Assembly (NCBI GenBank): GCA_951804945.1 | Contig: OX638149.1 | Span: 85,684,001 to 85,748,000 of the forward strand | Length of the DNA: 64,000 nucleotides | Source: Podarcis cretensis | Taxonomy: Eukaryota | Direction: 5' to 3' | Shown: positions 55,305 to 64,000 of the stretch, piece after piece | How positions within the stretch are numbered: the stretch's first letter is position 1 | Layout of the letters: each line of letters begins with the position of its first letter | Notes under the pieces: model-generated | Seen by the model: the letters and a program-made list of their open reading frames with translations, nothing else | Told to the model about the DNA's origin: nothing | The model's database searches: none | Translations under genes and position numbers: made by a program

Positions 55305-56890
55305 TGAGCTTTCAAAGCATTTTATATTATTCTTGGACAAAACAAGGTGCTGACGGTTTGTATCACCTTTCCTGAATACATAATGACCTCATCTGATTAT
55401 ATTAACAAATGTTTCTCCCTTACTGTAAGGATTTACAGGATTTACAGGATTTACAGTGACTTAAAATCACAAAGAATCACCCAGCCTTGCTCCAGGAAGC
55501 TTCTGCAGCTGTTTTATGTAGAGATTTTTGTATGCAGGTGTACATTGGGTTTGAATCTCATTCCATTCAAAGTACAGGCAATGATGACACAAACAAATAG
55601 GAAAGATGATTTCACAGGACAGAGTTTTGGGTTAATTCTGTGGTAGAGGTTCTTTACCTTTTTTGGGATCACAGACCCCTTCAAGAATCTGAAGAAAGCT
55701 ATGCACATAAACACACACAAAGTTTTGCATACAATTTATGTATGCATCGGGAAAAAATTGTATGTGTGTGCCCAGTTTATGGATCCTCTGAAGCCCATTC
55801 ATGGATCCCGGATTAATAAACCCTCATTTTATGGCCAAAAACTGGGACTGCAACACCAATTCACAAGAACCTTCCTGGAGAGACTTGATTGGTTGAGATG
55901 GAGCAATGCATCACTCTTCACATTCTCTTGATGAATATAGTAACACCAAACAAACAGGGCTTCTATAGATTGTAATTTTTATATTGTTATACAGTACAGG
56001 AAAAATGAAAAGGGATTTAAAAAATAGCTCTTATGGTATTTACTTCCAATATGCATATTATTTTTTTTAGATAATAGAATTCAGATGCTAAAGTCTCTAG
56101 GGATCTTCTTAGCTAGAATTGAGCTTAGCAGCAGCACAGCACCTAAGTTGATTAGTAGCTAAAGGGGCCATGACTCTTGTTAATACAGAGCCATTGTGAC
56201 ATCAGAGCAGATCAGCCAATGACACTGAGAGGGAGGCAACCTTTGAGGGGAGCAGCAGAGAGAAAGGGGGGGAGCACAATTTGGAAGAAGATCCAGCAAC
56301 TCTAAGGCTCAGTACAAAAGTTAAAAGACTGGTGTTTTTTTGAGCCTTGTGATGAGAGGGTCTTTTTATGCTTGAGTGCAGAACACCAGGAACAAAGACA
56401 CATTTATAGACCTCAGTGAGAGGAAAGCCTTGTTACTAGGCCCTCTGGTTAAAAAAAAATGAGAAGATTGTATGCTTACTGAGACAGAGGTAGAGCATAA
56501 CAAACAATAAATACTTGTGCAAAGAAAAAATGCACTCAATCATTAACCTCACAGGTGATGGTATGGGAGTTATTTGGGTGCAGAAGCTATAATGATGATG
56601 ATGATGGCTTTCCAAAAAAACAATTTATTCCAAAAGGAGGGAGAAAGAGATGTTTAAAAACACACACCAGTTGCATGAAGTTAAGATTGGAGCCTAACAG
56701 TTCAGCCAGTTCAAAACTTCAGAAGCAGATGTACAAAACTGTACCATTAGCTCCGTAAGTGTACAGAATTATGCAATAGAAGACATCCACTATATGGCAC
56801 CATGGAGAATGGGCAATGAGGGCCTTGCTGACTTTTCAAAGGCACACGCTCCTGTGTAAACCTACAGGTGAGGATGAATAGTTTGTCTTA

Positions 56891-57085
56891 GGTTACATTC
56901 ACACTATACATTTAAAGTGCTCTTATACCACTATAACAGTCATGGCTTTCTGCAAAGAAACCTGGGAACTGTAGTTACTTAAGGGTGCAGAGAATTGTAT
57001 CTCTCGGGGCTGGGGGGGTCTCTTAACAACTCTCAGCACCCTAAACAAACTACAGATCCTAAGGTTCTTTGCAGAAAGCCATGAG
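56891..57085. mobile_element. Palindromic MITE
   Basis: TCATGGCTTTCTGCAAAGAA..CTGTAGTT..AGGGTGC mirrored by GCACCCT..AACTACAG..TTCTTTGCAGAAAGCCATGA. Confidence 0.6.
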
Positions 57086-57703
57086 TGAGTGACATTACTG
57101 AATGGGCCGCTAATTTATTTGTTTCTCCCTATGGAGTAATAACTGTGCTCCTTGGTAGAAAAAGATAAAAGAGAAGCCAGAGATACTATGTCATCCCTAG
57201 CTAACAGGACCAGTGGTCAGGGATGATGGGAACTGTGGTCCCAAAACAGCTGGAGGGCCAAGTTTGGTCATCACTGATGTGGATCCTAGTGTTTCATATT
57301 CTGCTTATTTCTGCACATCATATCTGAAAAGAAAATTGTTGTTCAAGGCAATCTTGAATAACTAACAACTTTTCTTTAGAGTTGTTCTCTGGAGAGTATT
57401 ACAACAGTGCCTTGGACCCAAATCCTGGGTGGAATCTACACACACATAAAAAATGCTGTGAAAATGTTTTTTTTAAAAAATGTTTTGGAAAAATATTTGA
57501 ATTTGTCATAGCTCATCATCGCCATCTATTGTGACATTTGTATATTGTACTTTACAACACACTTAAAACATTTTATTTGCAGCTATATAGCTGAGTCCCT
57601 GGTCTTGTTCTGCCAACCCCTAACACTTAGTGATGATTTACTATACAAGAACAAGAATAAGCTAGCCCATTTTCATACTGGCACTTTATTCATTGTGGTT
57701 CTT

Positions 57704-57901
57704 ACTATTTTATCAAATATTTCAGGAACATAACAGTTGCACTCAGAAATGTATTATTTCTGCTATTATTTTGTAGTACAAGATAACAAAGGCCTTTCTG
57801 CAACTATTTTATCAAATATTTCAGGAACATAACAGTTGCACTCAGAAATGTATTATTTCTGCTATTATTTTGTAGTACAAGATAACAAAGGCCTTTCTGC
57901 A
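57704..57901. repeat. Perfect 2 x 99-bp tandem duplication
   Basis: 57704-57802 is identical to 57803-57901. Confidence 0.95.
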
Positions 57902-59031
57902 GAAGGCAATTTCTGTCCGTGACATACATTTTTAGTTCACTTCAGCAGCACTGACAGAAGGTGAACTGCCATTCTTGCAGTTAATGCAAGAACTTCCCTA
58001 TTTGCATGTTCAAATATTACCCAGTTACAGAAGGAGGGCCTTGGCTGCAACTTCTGAATCCCCAGAGAAAAATTGGAAACGTTTTTAACTGAGATAAGGT
58101 TTATTCCAGAAAGAACAGGACCTACATTTTTTCCAGAATAAACATAAAATGCATTTTCATTAATGAACTCACCACTTAAATGTTGAGGGTGCTAGTTGAC
58201 TAAAGTTATACTCTGAATAGACATTCACTGAAATCAATGGGCAAGTATCTACACTACAACTTCATTGGATATCATCCTGAAGGCTAAAACAAAAGGACAA
58301 GATTTATGGGTTCTAAAAAAATACTGATATTACTAGGTACCATTTAAAACTAAATCTTCAGCTTTCAGAAGGGGACGTGGCTTAGCAAGGCAGAAAATGG
58401 CTGTTTGACTCCAGAGCTCCAGTGCCTGGAACCATTTCCATCATTCAGGAGCTTCAGGGAATTAATCTCCCCAGGGCATGTGTCTCTGAAATAAAGGAAT
58501 GTCAGTAAAACAAACTAGTCAAAAACGGGTGGATTTCTCCTATTTTTTCCACCTGCAGGAGAAAAACAGGCTGAACACGGAGTCTTTGTCTAAGGCCAAG
58601 TCCAATACGTTGCCTGCTCAAGCTGCTGTTGCTCAGAGGTAGAAGGAAAGAGACTACAACTTGCAGTGAATGTGCAGCTTGGTTGTTCTTCATGAGGGAA
58701 ATAGTAAAAGAAACATGAAAGCAATTAATGACTCCAATGGAAGGGACAGCTGACAGAGATTAATGTGCATCTGAACACTTTGACTGAGACTGCAAAAGAA
58801 ATAGGGCAGATGCATGCAAAGCAAATTTGTTGATTGCAAGCAGATTACAAAGAGAAAAGGGAGAGGAGGCCGAAAAATCAGGTGAGACGTGTGAATCTTA
58901 TATTTATGTGGCTTTCAGGGAAATGTGGAGAATGAGGATATGTTTACTTTGCCCAAGCCCAAGAAGGGTTCCTTTCCCTGGGATGTGGTATTGTGTTTTG
59001 GCAGACACCATAACAAAATAATATGGAAGAA

Positions 59032-59283
59032 TGACGTTTGTAGGGTTGCAAGAAGTTTTGTGAGGAGTATTATTAGAAGTATTGTAAAAATGGACAAGGG
59101 GGAGGATGATTTGTTAAGAGATGTGAAGGCAATATAAAGTTAAGAAATGCATAAGAAGTGGTTAAAACGGTGGATCATCAGAGGTGCTGATGGAAGTCCA
59201 AAAGGATTGTATAAGTGATAGGTTTTGTGGTTCCTTTTTACAATTTATATGTTAAAATTAATTTTAAAAAATTATTTTAAAAA
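59032..59283 (+). mobile_element. Short retroposed insert (probable L1 3' UTR fragment) with a 20-bp TSD
   Basis: AACAAAATAATATGGAAGAA at 59012-59031 and 59284-59303; A-rich 3' end. Confidence 0.65.
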
Positions 59284-61429
59284 AACAAAATAATATGGAA
59301 GAAGCTAAGGGACACTCAAGACATATCCCATGACAGATGGCCTATCATGGTGCTATAAGATCCAGTCCCCCAAAAGCTTAGAAAGTATCAATGTCTAAAA
59401 CCTTTTTACTAGAAAGCTGCAGGAGGCAGGGATCCACCACAGATTGGGGTTCCCAATCAAACTGGTTCTCATGAGAGTTATAACGTCATTAATCGCAAGG
59501 AATCACTGCAAAGCTATAGAGTTGCTGGAAACGCTGTGCAGTATCTGGAACTCCCTGCAGAAATAACTATGGATGACCCCCAGGAAACAGGAAATAAGGA
59601 ATTAGAAGAACCCAGATGGTGTATGGGAAGAAGTGTCTGGAAACTGGCATTCCAGGAGAATAGCTCCATATATAGCCCAGCATTTATTCCTGGTCAATCC
59701 GGGTTCACACTTATCAAGGTTTCACTGAGCACCTGTAGAAATCTATAGCAGTGACTCCATTTTACCACCTACACACTATTTTTGCTAAATGTCTCTGCTG
59801 TTTTATTTAGTAATGGTGCTTTGCCACCGTAGCTTCCCCTTCAGAGTGAGTGCATTAATAAGAAGGGCACATGTTTCAGTTGACTAGACATGTGCCTTGT
59901 CTCTCTCCTTGTAGGCACTCAGCTATGCAAAGCTGAAAACAAAAAGGTAGCTAGAGAGGTAGGGTTGTTTAAGGAAATAACATTGCAACCTGTGTGCCTC
60001 AAACTAATAAATGGCACTTCAGTGTGGAAACGGTATTAATCACAATGAGGAAAACAGTTCATATAGAAGAACTGGATGAACCACTTTCTGGAGATGTCTG
60101 CCTAACAGCAGGATTTAATGGCTGTGAGAAAACCCTGTAATAGGTGTGCAGGGAGAGGGAGGCAGGACAAGGTAGGCCTGGTTTACTCAGGCATCTCCAT
60201 CAACTGATTTCTGTACATTTGACTGGCTACTGACCAGGTGAATAAATCCATGGAAAATAACTGCATTTAAGGGTATGAACATTATTGTGTGTATGACAGC
60301 CCATTTCCACCCAGCAGTCAAGGCTGTTGCTTGCTTTTGCAGTCATGGTGATGAACCTCACGTATTATTCAACCCCTAGTCACGTCAGGCAAACTGAAAC
60401 CACATATTTTGAATAAAGTCAACCTAACTTCCCAATAGAGATAGGAATACTAATAGAATAAGAACAGCTTGATTTTTCACCCGGGAGGTTTTTAAATAAA
60501 CATTTGGCAGGAGAATGTTTTGTGTAATTTGTTCTACTGTATCTACCTTCCAGACAGGTGTCAAAGCCCTAGTATGCAAGGCCCAATGAAAGGATGTAGG
60601 TCTTGGTTGAATCTTAAGGAAAGCTTCTTAAGTGTTCAAGTAAAGCAGTAGCCACCTAGAAGGGAACCAGTGGCCTTCTAGACGCTGAACTCCTAACTCC
60701 CATCAGTTTCAGCCAGCATGGCCATTGATCAGGGATGGTGGGAGCTGAACTTCAGCACCATCTGAAGGGACACAATTTGGGCACACGTCAGGCATGGAAA
60801 ATCTTTGCCGCAAGCCAAGGCAAAAATCTATACGGTCACAAAATCTGGTGCTTCTACTCACAACTGAAACTTAACACACAGGGGAAAATGAACTATTCCA
60901 ACTCAACATACCTAGGACCATACCAGTTTGCCAGCATGAAGAAAACTGAAGAAAACTCTTATTGTGGAAACTTTAAGAGAGTAGAACTCTGACCATTCCT
61001 TAGCCCTCTGGCTGGGATTAACTACATATTGTATTTTTAATGTGTACTCTTCTCTCTAGCCTACAGTGCACACACAAGAACTTACTTATTGTAGGTCTTT
61101 AGCTCCCAAATTTGTACCTGTCAGAAAAGCAAAGGACAGTCTTTTGGTCTTGAGAATGTCTGCTCCTGAATTTTAATCCTGAATATTTTCAGAAGGGTAG
61201 CCACGTCAGTCTCTTGCAGCAAAAGCAATCTGGAGCCTTGTAGCGCCTTAAATACTGTAGTAGTTTGTTCGTTAGCCTTCAAGGGGTCACGCTGCTCCTT
61301 TGTCGTGCAGACCATCAGGATGTCCTTGAGAGACCAGAGGCCAAACGTGAATGTCAAAATTCTGCGAAACGGGTTGCAAGGAATTATTGTTGTGGCCAAT
61401 ATTTTATGCGGGATGCTACCGGACGTGCT

Positions 61430-62860
61430 AAGGCAACGGCCGGGTGAAATCATGGCCCGTTAGGCCTCCGAGCGCTCCTCGATTTGAGCGCCCGCCGCAG
61501 CATATTGCCTGGGGCCGCGCTTGAATCGAAAGGGTCTGAAAGACACCCGGCCTGCGCCAAGCCAGCTGCAAGTCTCCCCTGGGCCTCCAGAGGGCGGCCT
61601 CGGGCGACTAACTTTCTTCTCTCTGTGTGTGTCTATGTACAAAGCAGGCTTCCCTCGAGGGGCGGCTGTTGCTTTAAGCTGGCCCTGGAGCGAGCGGAGA
61701 GGGGAAGCCAGAAGCTGCGCGGCGGGCCCCGGAGGTCCTTTCCCCCTGCGGAAAAACAAAACCACCTACGGGCGGCAACAGCAGCAGCAGCAGGAGGAGG
61801 AAGAAGAAGAAGAAGAAGGAGAGCGTGTGCGAGTTTCGGATCCGCTCAGCTCCCGCCTTAAGCGCCCCGCATTGAATCAGCGCGTGGCTCCTCGGCTGCG
61901 CTTGCCTCGGGCACTTGCGCGACGCTGCTTCTCCGCCTTGGATCGCAATCAGAGGAAGAAGAAAAGCGCTGACAGATAAAGGCAGCAAGCCGCCGCCGCC
62001 GCCGCCGCCACCCCCCACCCCGCGCCGCCGCCGCCGCTCCGCGTTGACAGGCAGCGGGAGCAACAGCAGCGGCCGCGGCAGCCCTCCCTGCACGCGCGCG
62101 CGCAACACACACAAGACGCACACAAGACGCACACACACACTCAGGACACACACCGAGAGAGCCCGCCAGCCCTGGAGGAGGAAGGCAAGCCAGCAGCGGA
62201 GGGCAGCGGGGCCAAGCCGCAGCCCAGGAACTAAGGAAGGGCCGCCACTTCTCTGCACGGGCATCATGTGGGTCTGTTTGTAAGAGGGGTTGGGGGGCCA
62301 GATCCCCTCTCTTCGCCTCCCCCCCTCGCTCTCCCTCCCCTCCCCCTAGCACAGGCGGCCACACACACGCACGCACACACACCCACACCCCGACCGGGAG
62401 GAGGCGGCGGCGAGGGAGCCGCAGAGGCCGCTGGAATAATAAGAGAATTGATTGTGAAAAAGGAAAGCAGAAGAAATATTTCCTGGCAAGATGGCCGACT
62501 TGGAGGCTGTGCTCGCCGATGTGAGCTACTTGATGGCTATGGAGAAAAGTAAATCCACTCCGGCAGCCCGGGCCAGCAAGAAGATCGTGCTACCTGAGCC
62601 GAGGTGAGCCCGGCAAGGGGGGCAGGCGGAGGGGGCAGGTGCGGCGCCGGGGCCCCGCGCGAGGCGCGCCGGGCTTAGGATGGGCGCTGGGTGTTTGTGT
62701 ACGCGAGCGAGCGCATAAATGGGTCTGTATATGACTGAGCTGAAATGCACCGAGCCGACTTGCCCTTGGCCCAAGCAGCAGGGACCGTGATCTACCCCGT
62801 CCATGTAGCGGGGTGGAGTGGGGTGGAAAGAGGGCTCGCTAAAGCGGCGTCTTTCCGTGT
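61430..62860 (+). promoter_or_regulatory. GRK2: CpG-island promoter and 5' UTR of GRK2
   Basis: Very GC/CpG-rich with (GCC)n tracts, surrounding the GRK2 ATG. Confidence 0.88.
62491..62603 (+). CDS. GRK2: G protein-coupled receptor kinase 2 (beta-ARK1), first coding exon
   Basis: aagATGg; [37 protein letters not shown], then AG|gtgagc (113 nt, phase 2). The GRK3 N-terminus is nearly identical; GRK2 is chosen by synteny with KDM2A. Confidence 0.93.
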
Positions 62861-64000
62861 ACGTGGTTGTGTTGATATAGTGTGGGCATGATGATGGATT
62901 GTCAGGGTGTCCTGTCTCTGCTTCCTGATTCTTCATTCGGCTGCTCAGATCCTTGGAGATCATTCCCCCAGCACCTCTTGCAGTAGCAAACCCCCTCCTT
63001 CTCTGTTTTTTCCTACCCACACGTCACAATTCCACCCACCCCAACACAAACACACATAGTGATTCTCTCTGTGTATGTGTAATATGCAATTGTGTTAACC
63101 ACAGCAGAAAAGCAGGCTAGTAAATCAGGCTGTATATATGCCTATATAGTGCTTTTTTCTGAGCAGTCCAGCAACTGTGTTACTGGGTGTTATGAGGAGC
63201 ATACAGCTTGGCTCTGGCAGTGCCTGGAGTTGGCCTCAAGATGCCCTAACCACGGTGTTCTGTTTTGGGTGGGTGGTTTGTTTGTTTTTGTTTTTGAAAA
63301 TCTGTCTGTACAGACCTGTGCAATTCAGTGCTGTGTCTTGGTAATGTGCTGTTAGATAGCGACCAGGCCTTTGCCCACCTTGCAGCTGCCCTGAGTTCAA
63401 GCAGGAACTGGGTCTGCACAAACAACGTTGCAAGCGTGCACAAATGCAGTGCAAGGTTACCATCGTGCAGATAAGGGGAAATGTGTTAGGCAGGGGCTCT
63501 GCTTCATGTAAGGGCATTTTCTTGCTGGGAGACACAAGTGGGAGCATTAAGTCAAAAAATCTGACTGGTCATCCAGGTGGGTCAAAGGTGCTTTGGTTTC
63601 GGCCAACCAACCCTTAACTCTGCTTCCTGGCAGCAGTTACCAAGGGCAACAGGGTGGGGCCTGACAAGCATCCTGCACCTTCAGCACATGGGCAAATGGA
63701 GGCCTTCCTCGCTCTCCTTTCTTCCCTTCCACCTCCCATGTGACATCTGGCTTACCCTACCCTTCCCTGTTCTAGCCAATAACCTTGGGTTGTCCCCATT
63801 GTGGGAGAAGTCTGTTCAAGCAGAACTGCTCCCCTGCCACTGAAGGCAGGACGGAGGGTCTCTGAGAAAGCTCCAAAGGGCCCTTTTCCGCAAGAAATGG
63901 CAAGCGGCCCTTTCAAAGGATGATGCAGATGTGTTACCATGGCAATGCCTGAAAGCCCCAGCAGCCTCTGTGCTCTTCCCCCCCCACACGGTTGCTGGTT

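Noticed and set aside
61460-63020. Many 100-200 aa ORFs around the GRK2 promoter
   Set aside because: Artefacts of GC-rich and trinucleotide-repeat sequence; only 62491-62603 matches a known protein.

Overview
This is eukaryotic DNA from a squamate reptile, most likely a lacertid lizard, judged from Sauria-type SINEs, a BovB tail and squamate MITEs. The + strand holds most of KDM2A (FBXL11/JHDM1A, H3K36 demethylase): 19 coding exons from 10870 to the stop at 43430, all with GT-AG introns and consistent phases, totalling 3447 nt (1148 aa plus stop). The exon with the first ~14 codons lies upstream of the window. A ~2.5 kb 3' UTR and a repeat-rich intergenic region follow, then the CpG-island promoter and first coding exon of GRK2 (ATG 62491), matching mammalian KDM2A-GRK2 synteny. 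Introns and intergenic DNA contain RTEX-like, RTE, L2, CR1, L1-like and BovB LINE fragments, SINEs, Tc1/mariner and hAT MITEs. I cannot show a wholly new biological system here. The best leads are: (1) a hAT element carrying what looks like a captured host coding exon; (2) a tail-less YARS2 retrocopy inserted into a SINE at a non-L1-type target site; (3) an intact minimal hammerhead ribozyme inside a Penelope-type inverted repeat; (4) an intronic CpG-island promoter for a demethylase-less KDM2A short form, plus a candidate in-frame 36-nt micro-exon that would supply a new ATG. Homology calls rest on recalled protein and repeat sequences; no searches were run.
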